Below are positions 12,106 to 22,410 of a stretch of DNA of 64,000 bases, piece by piece. The notes beneath the pieces are model-generated. The model was given only the letters and a program-made list of their open reading frames with translations, searched no databases and was not told where the DNA came from. Numbering within the stretch: the stretch's first letter is position 1; the number at the start of each line of letters is the position of its first letter. A program made the translations under genes and the position numbers. This DNA comes from Trypanosoma brucei (lineage: Eukaryota), in assembly GCA_000002445.1 (NCBI GenBank), contig CP000069.1:160001-224000 (forward strand), in the 5' to 3' direction.

Positions 12106-13398
12106 TTTGCGTGCATGGGCTCTGATTGTTACTTGCGCATATCTGCCGCCCTCACTTGGGGCTTTTCCCCCCATGCAGGAGTGTACGCACTGGCAGCCGC
12201 TTTGGAGTATCAAAAATACTGCTACGTGCTGAAGATATTATTTGGGAAGGGAACAAATGGAGGGAAAGACTGTCGACCTTCAGGGGGAAAGGATAAACTC
12301 ACCTGAATCGCAGCGGAACTCGTGCGGCTGCAGGCATCCAACCTTTTTCCCTCAAGGGCAATTGTTATCCCTGAGCGGGTTGTTTTATTAATTTTCCAGC
12401 CCTGTATGGCCGGAGTGCGTGTGGTCGCGATGTTTATGTAACTCCTTTTGTTACATCACTTTCCTTCTTTTGTAAACCCCCGTAGTCGCCGGACGCCTCG
12501 TGCCGCATGCGGGCCCGATTAATTTTTTGGTTTGGGAATGAGATTGGAGGTACAAACTCTGATGAGGTCCACTGGCTGATCGCTGCTGCGTTGCTTAGAT
12601 GCGTTTTTATTATTCCTTACTTCTTTCCAACGCTACGTGGAGAAGGTGTGGTGACGGTGGCAGCAACTGTTGGAAGTGCGAAAAAGAGGGCTCAATCATT
12701 TCAAAGTGGAAAGGGGCCCATTACCCGGAATTGAAAACTCATCTGATCGCGAACGGCGTTTGGGTTGCGACCAGGAAATGAAATTTGTGTTACGGTCCAA
12801 ATACGAAACTTGTTGGGTGGACCCAAGGAAAGAAATAAAATGGATAAATACATGCTCTCTGCTGCATGAGACCCGGAATATGAGGAAAATGGTGCGAATG
12901 GATGTGGAGGGTGTGTCTAACCGGATGAGTGAGTGACGACGCAACAACACGAAGATGAATGAAGGAAAAGGGAGGAGTGACAATGCATCCCAAAAGGCAG
13001 ATGATTGATGTCATAAGAGGGGACCAAGTGTTTCCGCATGATTGCGGCGTCTGCAAGTAAAGTAGGGTACAAAGGAGAAAAAAAAAGAGAAAGCGGAACT
13101 GGATGAGATTCGGTTCTTCCGTCGCGCATGTTCTTACGCCCTTCTTCCACTGCATGTGCTATGCGACATTCGTGCCCGAGGGGAAACTTTTCCCGTCTGC
13201 AAAGCGCCTTTAAGAAGTATATGAGAGGAACAACCAGCCAAGCAGCCACACAAAAGGCGAAGGACACAACAGAAATTATTAAGAGCCGAGACGCATTAGC
13301 CGAGGTAGACGCTGGCGGAAGCAAAACAACAAACAAGTGACTGCGGCACTGAAATAAGAAACAATCCAAACTCTTGCCCCACATCACACTTAAATACT
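11366..13398 (+). repeat. GRESAG4-array spacer repeat, copy R2
   Basis: R2 is colinear with 1-2033 and begins 556 bp after the pseudogene stop. It diverges from R1 at 13399 (R1 runs into the GRESAG4 5' region, R2 runs into A/G-rich sequence). That divergence marks an array breakpoint. Confidence 0.75.
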
Positions 13399-14485
13399 TC
13401 CTTGCGAAAAAGAAGAAAAGAGGGAAAAACAATGCGCGTAATAACAAATGATAAGTGAGCGCATGTCTTGTGACAATCATGTGGTGGCTGCTGCAGATGG
13501 GGAGCCAACAGCAGAGAACCAAATGAAAGCAAGTATCCTCTACAAAATGGAGGACAGATGAAAAGGGTTATGTGGTTAAGGGGATTCAACAAAATAAACT
13601 AAAAGGGTCAACTATACATGAGCAAATGCAGCCACACAAACACACATGGAGCATGCGATGTGAAGTTAACTGTTTGGTTGTGCCTGGTTGAGGCGTACAA
13701 ACAATTTTTTTTGTTTTTCTGAATTTTTGTTCTCTGCTTTTTCTTGCTTGTCTGCGGGTGGAAGCGTAGTGTAGGGGCTGAGAAGCAGCTAAGCCAACAG
13801 CCCCGGTGCGAGATGTGACGCAGAGAAACTGGTAGCACGCCGTTTCATCGTCAGTTATAGAGTAATCCAGGGGAGAAAAAAGCGAAACGCGCCAAGAGCA
13901 CCGCCGAGAAGCAAAGAAAAAAGAAGGAAGGGGAAAACATTCCGCAGGGGTCGATTTCCATTCTTTCGTTTCCTCCCTCATTTCCTCGCTTCTGTCTGAG
14001 TAACCAAAACACGTGGGAGGAAGTTTGCACACCTGTGCGTTTCCTTTCTATCTGTTTTTCTCTTAAAAGAAAAAAAAAACAGGAATACACCTCTTATCCA
14101 AACTCGTTCTCCATTCCATTCCATTCCATTCCAGTGCCATGCGCACAAGCGCCCGTGAGAAAAGCGGGGTGCGGAACTCGGTGGACAAAGAAGTTAGCAA
14201 CGAAACAAAAGGGGGAAAATAGCGTGCAAAGGGAGAAAGTAAAAAAAAATTATGTGCAAACGAAGGGGGAGGAGAAACAGAAAACAATATCGTTGGTGTT
14301 ATGACTCACATCGCAATAAACGATGTCCGCACAACGTCACATCCTTTCCTTACAAATCCACTCAAGGAAAAGGAGTGGGGGGGGGGAAAGAAAGGAAAAC
14401 ATGGTTGCGCCAAGACAAAGCGTGGAAGGATGCATATATTTCCCACCTTCCCTGAGCAACTCATCCTTTCGTAGCCTTCATTCCA
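13399..14485. other. convergent strand-switch region (+ strand unit ends; - strand unit ends)
   Basis: All recognisable genes to the left are on the + strand. All from 14486 to 27295 are on the - strand. The interval is A/G-rich low-complexity sequence with poly-A runs, (CATTC)4 at 14106-14127 and a G10 tract at 14377-14386. No tRNA-like sequence was seen. Confidence 0.5.
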
Positions 14486-15343
14486 TTACATAATCGAGCA
14501 TCCCGCATTTTTTCCTCCAGCGCCTTCCCCATACTCAAGATCATCTCTATAACTTTTATCTGCGTTCCTTTCAACCGAACCCACGGCAGCAGTTGGCTTT
14601 ATTTTGTGCCGCTTGAGGAGATGCCCTTCAAATGCGTCAGTTGCGGGGAACTGCTCGCGGCACACCGGGCAACGGAATAGCACGGGGTTGGGGACACACA
14701 CAAAGAGAGAATCGGGATGCTCCGCGGCAAAGTGGTCGTAGAGCAACCCGCTGGCAGTGAAGCCCTTGCGGCACACCGGGCAGCAAAGAAGTCTTCCGGC
14801 CGCATCAGGCGCCTCAACTATTACCGGGGAGGTTTGCTTCAATTTCTTCTGCAACTCCTCCCGTAACTGCCGCGCCTCCTCGACCTCAGTGCGCAGAATC
14901 GACTGGTGCAACGTTTCGCGCGCGCGTTCCACTTCGGCCTTCAGTCGCCGCACCTCCGCTTCAAAATCAACAGGTTTATCCATTTTTGCTTCCTCCTTTC
15001 TTGCCGCCCCCTTTTTGGACTCATCTTTCTTTGGCGCGTTCGTTTTCCCCACACGTGTCTTCGATTCCGCTCCTTTCGACGCCTCGCCCCTCCGTGTTGC
15101 AACTCCTTTTCGTTCAGTTCGTGTTGGCGACGCATCCTTTGGATCATTTTTTCTCTGCCCATCGTTTCCCCCTAATTTGGGACTTCTTGCCTCTCCTTCC
15201 CCTGGTCCGTCTTGCCTTTGGTTCTCCGCTTCCACCCTTGGCGCTCTCCGCTCCCGTGCCGGCTTGATGCCTTCCCTCGTCTGAGAAGTGCCCTTTTCAG
15301 CATCTTGGAGGGAAATAATCGGCGATACGGCTTGAATCGTCAT
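14486..15343 (-). CDS. hypothetical zinc-finger protein. It has a basic low-complexity N-terminal half, a coiled-coil segment and two C2H2-like fingers (CPVCRKGFTASGLLYDHFAAEH and CPVCREQFPATDAFEGHLLKRH).
   Basis: A 285-aa ORF. The two CxxC...H...H units are about 30 aa apart. A charged KAEVERARETLHQ...EEARQLREELQKK heptad-like stretch precedes them. Confidence 0.5.
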   Translation of the reverse strand: MTIQAVSPIISLQDAEKGTSQTREGIKPARERRAPRVEAENQRQDGPGEGEARSPKLGGNDGQRKNDPKDASPTRTERKGVATRRGEASKGAESKTRVGKTNAPKKDESKKGAARKEEAKMDKPVDFEAEVRRLKAEVERARETLHQSILRTEVEEARQLREELQKKLKQTSPVIVEAPDAAGRLLCCPVCRKGFTASGLLYDHFAAEHPDSLFVCVPNPVLFRCPVCREQFPATDAFEGHLLKRHKIKPTAAVGSVERNADKSYRDDLEYGEGAGGKNAGCSIM

Positions 15344-15684
15344 TTGTTTCGGGAAAGACGAGCAGCAAGAGTTAGACTAAGGAAACCTGATCAGGGGGGT
15401 TTCCTGACAGCGCACTTGTAAAGGAGAACAGTTAAGAATATGGATGTAAAAAGAGAGGGAAATGGGCACGAGAAGGTGGGAGCACATGGATGCAGCGGGG
15501 AAGCGAATTTAAAGATGTAAGAGAAACAATACTGTTCCTGGCGCACGCGAAATACGTATATACGCGTGCTTGTGCGTGTGTGTGTTGATGTGTATATTTC
15601 CGTGCTCAGTTCACGTCAGGCCTTTGGTATCGAAGAACACATTACGAAAGCAAGCCACTGGCGAAACCTGACGATACCATCAGT

Positions 15685-16914
15685 TCACGAAGCCACTACA
15701 TGCGTCACGAAGAAGTCTGACTTGTGCGAGGCATTGAAAAGGACGACGGCGTTCATTACAGGAAACGGAGAGGGTGGTTTCCGTGTGCCCTGAGGGTGCA
15801 GTGGAGGTTGACACTGCGCCAGCAATCTTTTCCCCTTTTGAACGAACTCCATTGGGACAAGTTGTTTATTGTTGCTGTACCTGTCCAGCATCCGCGCGTA
15901 ATCTTCCTCACTGACCCCATGAATAACAACGAAGTTGTTCCGTAGCGGTGTATCGCACTGCTTTCTGTCTATAGCATGGAAGCGACAACATGTCTCAACA
16001 ACGATTGTCACGCTGTCGTCGGTTGCGAGAGAGAGAACGCGTCCGACCATGATGTCTTCATTTTCCATTCGAAAAAGGGTAAGGTTCCTCCGCAGGCGCC
16101 AACTGTACGGTTTCCTAATGAGCGGCCATATCGGCTCGTACGCCACCAACATTTTGGCCATGTCCTTTGAAAGCGTGTATGGTAAGCCGGATGCAACGTA
16201 GTAAGGATCCCCGAGAAAGTTAAGTCAGATATTTCCCCAATAAACGTTCTGACACGGTAACTTGTGCAAGTCAACAAGGTATTGATGCGCATGAACAAAC
16301 GCGTCATCATCACCTTTTGCCACCTAGTTCACACGGGGTAGTAGTCGGACAGCGAGATCATACCACAGGAACACTTTGCGGCTCATAGTGACTTCCGCTT
16401 TTATACCCCGTGTACCGCCATCCCCAATTTTCTTGTTCCGTCCAGGAACACCCTCATTAATTGGAAGCGTAACCATATCCTGCCAACGCAACGCCTCCTC
16501 CTTTAGTTCCGCCGTGTACGTGTGACCGTTACGATGGGGTCGATCAGTGAGGTACAATACAAGCATCTCCCCCGTGAAGTTGTTGCTCTTCTTTGCTACA
16601 ACGTCATGGATCCAGCAAGACGTGTGAAGAATGCGCCGCCTCCGCCTCACACTCGTGTCAGGTGACAGAATACCAAGTGCAACAAGATAGTTCCGCTCCC
16701 TCCATGTTTCCACCACATCAGACGCCACGAACTGCAGGGTTTCCTCTTCGTCATCGGGGAGGACGGGGGAGGAGGGAAAACGTAATGTTTTCCTATGACA
16801 AAACTGTTTTCCCGATGTCCACGGCACACTAACAACATCGCGGTGTAAGGAAACACACGCAGCGATAAGCATCACTAGGTAGAGGGGAAGTAGCATCGTT
16901 ACCACACGACGCAC
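15685..16914 (-). pseudogene. beta-1,3-glycosyltransferase-like gene (trypanosome UDP-Gal/GlcNAc-dependent GT family) interrupted by in-frame stops
   Basis: ORFs 16324..16914 (196 aa, N-terminal TM anchor MLLPLYLVMLIAACV) and 15685..16161 (158 aa) share one reading frame. The frame totals about 410 codons, a typical GT size. My manual translation of 16162-16323 finds a TAG at 16324-16326 and a TGA at 16225-16227. The distal part carries B3GT-like motifs: YTLSKDMAKMLV (~YVLSRDLA) and ENEDIMVGRVL (~EDVYVG). Confidence 0.45.
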
Positions 16915-19706
16915 ATTAGTTCATTTTATTCCTCTCATTTCTTCGTGGCCAGCGAAGGAAAAAAAAAAAACGACAACGCCATGGAAAAACAGTAATGAGT
17001 CCATGCCAAAAACGTCGCGCCTCCCCAGGAGAACACGAGAGGACGTCCCGTGCCACGCACGCGCACGAAAAAACAAACAAACAAACGGTAATATGCACTC
17101 TTGTAGGGAAGTGAAATGAATATGCTCCCACACTTCTGCTAGAATCAGAATGACTATACCTACCGCTCCAACTCCGGCCGTATGGGTGAAGATGGCTCGG
17201 TTAACATACTCACGTGGATGGTTCACCAAACTTTCAGTCCCCCCCCCCCAGCAGCACAATTCGAAGTGTGTAGCAACCATTGCTATTGTAAGCGCGAATG
17301 TCTTTCATGCTGAACTGTTGACAGGCGGCATTCCATCCAGTTGTCAATATTCCCCCGTTAAATGGCCATAAAAAGGCATAATGCGCGACCCCTCCCAGTA
17401 ACTATCATGTGATCCCACCCGCCAGCGGGGCCCGCGAGCACATAGGGACCACCACTGGATTATTACATGTATCATTTCCCCACTGGACGCAGTGGAATCG
17501 GCGCCGGATGCCATGTCCATGCCCTAAAGGGAGTTTCCTCCTGAACATGAATTGTTCGACGGATGGAATGCTGAAAGAGTTTGGGGGGAATACCTTGTTT
17601 GAGAGTCTGTAGTACATGAGGGTGTGGCAGATGGTTTCGTCCCATTTTTCACTGTTTTTGGAGAAGGTGGATGTTCGATGCGCATATCGCCGGTGGATAG
17701 CACTCCGCTGTGTGGCATTGAACTGCACCACTTTAAAATGCGGTACGTGATGCGATCCGCCTGCTGTGTTGATAAATGCAGTCGCAAAGTCAAGGGTATG
17801 CTCAGTGGTTGTTCAATACGGCCGGATCTTGGAAAAGGAACTCAGAGCAACCACACACCATATAAGGACCCCTTTTTGCACCTACGCCGCTGCCATCTCA
17901 TCGCTGAGACGCTGGAGGTGGAGAATTAGCGGGCCGCAGCGCTGGAGTGCCCGCTCTCGAGCGGCATCGTGGCAGCGGACCACAAAATTACTACGATGTT
18001 ACTCTCATTTCTGTGAGAACACAATGTAGACGTAACACGCTCCCCCAGCCCACCAACTACGACACTCTCAAGTCTTGGGGCAATCTCCACAAAATGCGTA
18101 GCGAAAGCAGCGGAGAGCAGTCACCGCTTTTTGATTCTTCAAAACAGATGCATGGACTGAAGAAAAGCTGCACCAAAGTCCTGTTCTGCGCGCAACTTAC
18201 GTGGTGGAAGGCATAAATTGGCACAACAAACGCACGGAAAGTAGTATGAGCACTTCGTTTTTTCTGACTGTGCCGAATGAGGAGACATCGCATGGTGCAA
18301 ACACCGGAGAGAATAAACGGGGAAAATGTTAAGACAGCACAACAGTGACCGAGCACAGTGTTCAGAGTAAACCGTCCCGTTCGTACGTTCTGAAATTCCC
18401 GCACAAAGCGCCGTCACTGTTGCTGCTGCATATCGTAGTTGTAGTTATAAAAAATACCAAACCTGACATGCGGCGAAGTGCTCCCACATAGCCCACCAAA
18501 GCTCCTGTTTCTTCTGGCACTTCGTTCCGAAGTTGCCCTATCAGCGTACTCCGCTGAAAAATATTGTCCGTAACACAATTTTCCGAAAGGAACTGCGACA
18601 GCATATGCCGCCGAGAACACCGACAACCAGGACTACGAATGGCATTTTGCTGCGCCTGGGAAACGCGTTCTACAGCGGGAACAGCAACGTGCCGCGACGC
18701 TGCTGACTTCAAACCGTCTGGTGAACGTAACCCCTTTGAACTAACAGGCACATATCGACGCAGGTAAAGCGCTGACAACATCCGAGCATCCGATCTATTG
18801 ACATTCTATCTCTTTGCTTAAGTTACAATCAACGAGGTGGACAGTTTACAACAATAACAATGAACTATCCTTTCAACTCATGTATAGTGCTTGGTCAATT
18901 GCCTTCACTTGGTCCTTTCCACGATCTGTACCGGACCCAGCAACACACAACGGTACAAGCGGATATTTTCAATCCGTAAAGACAGTGACACTACCAGTAA
19001 TACGTGTCAGCAATATACCTGTCTTTGCACCCGCGTTACATTCCACAGTTCAAACCGTCCCAGTTTGCTGTTGTTTTCCATATATCACAGCGCCCTGCAG
19101 CAGGGCAGTGAAGAGAACGACCATCCGTGCGAAGCCGCATGCCGTCATGCTTATCTCAGTGCCCATTGTTAGTATTACTTGCTTGTCAGTCTATGGGTCG
19201 CGCGTGAAAGAAAACAGGTTAGGAAGAGTAAGCACAAAACAAGGTGAACAAGGAAGATGATCACATCGCAATTGACCTGCATTGTAGAAACACCGCCCCG
19301 TTAAAATACGCGGAGAGTGATGAAGATATTGATCTGCTACACGAAATAGAACGCTACAAGGGAAAAGCAAAAACAGAGGAAAACACGATGCGCGGAAGCG
19401 GCCTCATTCACACGTCCAATGGAGCTCTGAACAGGGTGCGCAATTCCGCAATACCCCTGAGGGAGGGGAAATAAATAGGAATAGAGGAACAAATGGTTTT
19501 ATAACTGACACTTAATAGGCTCTCACTTAGCATCTTAGAGGAAATGGATGTTCATAAAATCGCTCACATAAAAAAAAGATAAAACGAAAATAAAACGATT
19601 AGTGGAAGTTGTTCTACTAGTTGCGTGTTATGGGCCAAACGAGTATCTACCCGTATCTTGTTATGGCTTATATGAGTAACACTGCACAGCCGGTAGGCCG
19701 CACAAG

Positions 19707-20657
19707 TCAGCACACAATTGCGAGGGAAAAAAAGACGATGAGTAGACACAATTCACCACCTACACAGATCGTAATGTGCGACAAGGAAGTCAATGTCGTC
19801 TCCGCCTCTCCTTTTGGTTTGGGAGTTGCCGAAGGTTGATCTTGAGAATTTGTAGACTCCTCATCTGAATGCAAACTTTCGTTGATTACTGCTAGCTCCT
19901 CATTGGCAGTGGAGTTTCCATTACCTGGAACGGGATGCGATGGCTGTGGAACTGTAACTTCGCAGAGGGCAGCGAAATAAGTTAGTGACTTGTATCCAGG
20001 TGCCTTACCCCCGGGCTTGTTGCCAGAAACTTCGCCGCCATCAAACCAACCGAACCACTTCGTCACGTTAGTGTACCAACCCATCACGTGCAATTGGCCA
20101 TCCTGAGGATAACTTTGCGCAAAAAACGACGGATAACCACCCAATGCGCCTGAACCACTTTTATAAGTGTACGATCCCCGCCAGAATGCAACGCCGTTGC
20201 CCTCTATTCCCGATGCTTCAAACAGACCACTGTTCCATCGGTAGACGCAATTAAGGGAAGTATCGTAGTCTCCTGCTGTGCAACGAATTCCCGCGTCCTG
20301 TGCCGCACTTGCACTGTAAGTGGCATCCCCTCCAAGGTAACTGTAGATAAATGGGCCATCAGCTACACCCAAGTGGTAGGCAGTGAGGCGTTCGTTAGTT
20401 GCCTGCGAGTGGTCAGTGGCCAGCGTCCCGCCGGCTTCACGGCAGATATGCACTGAGTTACTGTAGTCTACAAGGTAATCACCTCCATGCCAAAACTTTC
20501 GGTTGGGGAAAAGAATATACTCCTTGACATAGGCAGTTGGGTACACCTTACCAAATGCGAAGAGATGTGATGAACCTGAAAGACATTGCAGCAGGGCAGT
20601 GAAGAGAACGACCATCCGTGCGAAGCCGCATGCCGTCATGCTTATCTCAGTGCCCAT
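19707..20657 (-). CDS. secreted or GPI-anchored cysteine-containing protein with a C-type-lectin-like domain signature, copy 1
   Basis: A 316-aa ORF with an N-terminal signal peptide (MVVLFTALLQCLSGSS) and a C-terminal hydrophobic tail (ICVGGELCLLIVFFSLAIVC) after a Ser/Thr/Pro-rich acidic linker. The core shows CTLD-like landmarks: HICREAGGTLATDHSQATNERL (~C...G..LASI.S.EE..FL), WFGWFDGG (~W.W.DG) and a terminal YFAALCEV (~FVCE). Confidence 0.55.
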   Translation of the reverse strand: MGTEISMTACGFARMVVLFTALLQCLSGSSHLFAFGKVYPTAYVKEYILFPNRKFWHGGDYLVDYSNSVHICREAGGTLATDHSQATNERLTAYHLGVADGPFIYSYLGGDATYSASAAQDAGIRCTAGDYDTSLNCVYRWNSGLFEASGIEGNGVAFWRGSYTYKSGSGALGGYPSFFAQSYPQDGQLHVMGWYTNVTKWFGWFDGGEVSGNKPGGKAPGYKSLTYFAALCEVTVPQPSHPVPGNGNSTANEELAVINESLHSDEESTNSQDQPSATPKPKGEAETTLTSLSHITICVGGELCLLIVFFSLAIVC

Positions 20658-21197
20658 TGTTAGTATTACTTGCTTGTCAGTCTATGGGCCGCGCGTGAAA
20701 GAAAACAGGTTAGGAAGAGTAAGCACAAAACAAGGTGAACAAGGAAGATGATCACATCGCAATTGACCTGCATTGTAGAAACACCGCCCCGTTAAAATAC
20801 GCGGAGAGTGATGAAGATATTGATCTGCTACACGAAATAGAACGCTACAAGGGAAAAGCAAAAACAGAGGAAAACACGATGCGCGGAAGCGGCCTCATTC
20901 ACACGTCCAATGGAGCTCTGAACAGGGTGCGCAATTCCGCAATACCCCTGAGGGAGGGGAAATAAATAGGAATAGAGGAACAAATGGTTTTATAACTGAC
21001 ACTTAATAGGCTCTCACTTAGCATCTTAGAGGAAATGGATGTTCATAAAATCGCTCACATAAAAAAAAGATAAAACGAAAATAAAACGATTAGTGGAAGT
21101 TGTTCTACTAGTTGCGTGTTATGGGCCAAACGAGTATCTACCCGTATCTTGTTATGGCTTATATGAGTAACACTGCACAGCCGGTAGGCCGCACAAG

Positions 21198-22148
21198 TCA
21201 GCACACAATTGCGAGGGAAAAAAAGACGATGAGTAGACACAATTCACCACCTACACAGATCGTAATGTGCGACAAGGAAGTCAATGTCGTCTCCGCCTCT
21301 CCTTTTGGTTTGGGAGTTGCCGAAGGTTGATCTTGAGAATTTGTAGACTCCTCATCTGAATGCAAACTTTCGTTGATTACTGCTAGCTCCTCATTGGCAG
21401 TGGAGTTTCCATTACCTGGAACGGGATGCGATGGCTGTGGAACTGTAACTTCGCAGAGGGCAGCGAAATAAGTTAGTGACTTGTATCCAGGTGCCTTACC
21501 CCCGGGCTTGTTGCCAGAAACTTCGCCGCCATCAAACCAACCGAACCACTTCGTCACGTTAGTGTACCAACCCATCACGTGCAATTGGCCATCCTGAGGA
21601 TAACTTTGCGCAAAAAACGACGGATAACCACCCAATGCGCCTGAACCACTTTTATAAGTGTACGATCCCCGCCAGAATGCAACGCCGTTGCCCTCTATTC
21701 CCGATGCTTCAAACAGACCACTGTTCCATCGGTAGACGCAATTAAGGGAAGTATCGTAGTCTCCTGCTGTGCAACGAATTCCCGCGTCCTGTGCCGCACT
21801 TGCACTGTAAGTGGCATCCCCTCCAAGGTAACTGTAGATAAATGGGCCATCAGCTACACCCAAGTGGTAGGCAGTGAGGCGTTCGTTAGTTGCCTGCGAG
21901 TGGTCAGTGGCCAGCGTCCCGCCGGCTTCACGGCAGATATGCACTGAGTTACTGTAGTCTACAAGGTAATCACCTCCATGCCAAAACTTTCGGTTGGGGA
22001 AGAGAATATACTCCTTGACATAGGCAGTTGGGTACACCTTACCAAATGCGAAGAGATGTGATGAACCTGAAAGACATTGCAGCAGGGCAGTGAAGAGAAC
22101 GACCATCCGTGCGAAGCCGCATGCCGTCATGCTTATCTCAGTGCCCAT
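21198..22148 (-). CDS. secreted or GPI-anchored C-type-lectin-like protein, copy 2 (100% identical to copy 1)
   Basis: Identical 316-aa translation at offset 1491. Confidence 0.55.
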   Translation of the reverse strand: MGTEISMTACGFARMVVLFTALLQCLSGSSHLFAFGKVYPTAYVKEYILFPNRKFWHGGDYLVDYSNSVHICREAGGTLATDHSQATNERLTAYHLGVADGPFIYSYLGGDATYSASAAQDAGIRCTAGDYDTSLNCVYRWNSGLFEASGIEGNGVAFWRGSYTYKSGSGALGGYPSFFAQSYPQDGQLHVMGWYTNVTKWFGWFDGGEVSGNKPGGKAPGYKSLTYFAALCEVTVPQPSHPVPGNGNSTANEELAVINESLHSDEESTNSQDQPSATPKPKGEAETTLTSLSHITICVGGELCLLIVFFSLAIVC

Positions 22149-22410
22149 TGTTAGTATTACTTGCTTGTCAGTCTATGGGCCGCGCGTGAAAGAAAACAGG
22201 TTAGGAAGAGTAAGCACAAAACAAGGTGAACAAGGAAGATGATCACATCGCAATTGACCTGCATTGTAGAAACACCGCCCCGTTAAAATACGCGGAGAGT
22301 GATGAAGATATTGATCTGCTACACGAAATAGAACGCTACAAGGGAAAACATAGTTGGAAGGTGAGAGTGGCAGTAAATACTAAGAGCATGGAGAAAAAAC
22401 ACATAAAAAA

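Larger units (their letters stand above)
19096..22350. repeat. tandem repeat, unit 1491 bp, about 2.2 units, carrying the lectin-like gene
   Basis: ORF pairs are identical at offset 1491 (19244..19474 = 20735..20965; 19564..19749 = 21055..21240; 19707..20657 = 21198..22148). A third unit restarts at 22078 (ORF 22226..22435 identical for 41 aa, then diverges). A 70-nt 5' gene fragment (MGTEISMTACGFARMVVLFTALL) sits at 19096-19166. Confidence 0.9.

Noticed and set aside
16008-16313. 101-aa ORF beginning MMMTR
   Set aside because: The first codon is GTG on the minus strand (plus strand 'cac' at 16311-16313). This shows the ORF track uses alternative start codons. The ORF is out of frame within the GT pseudogene region.
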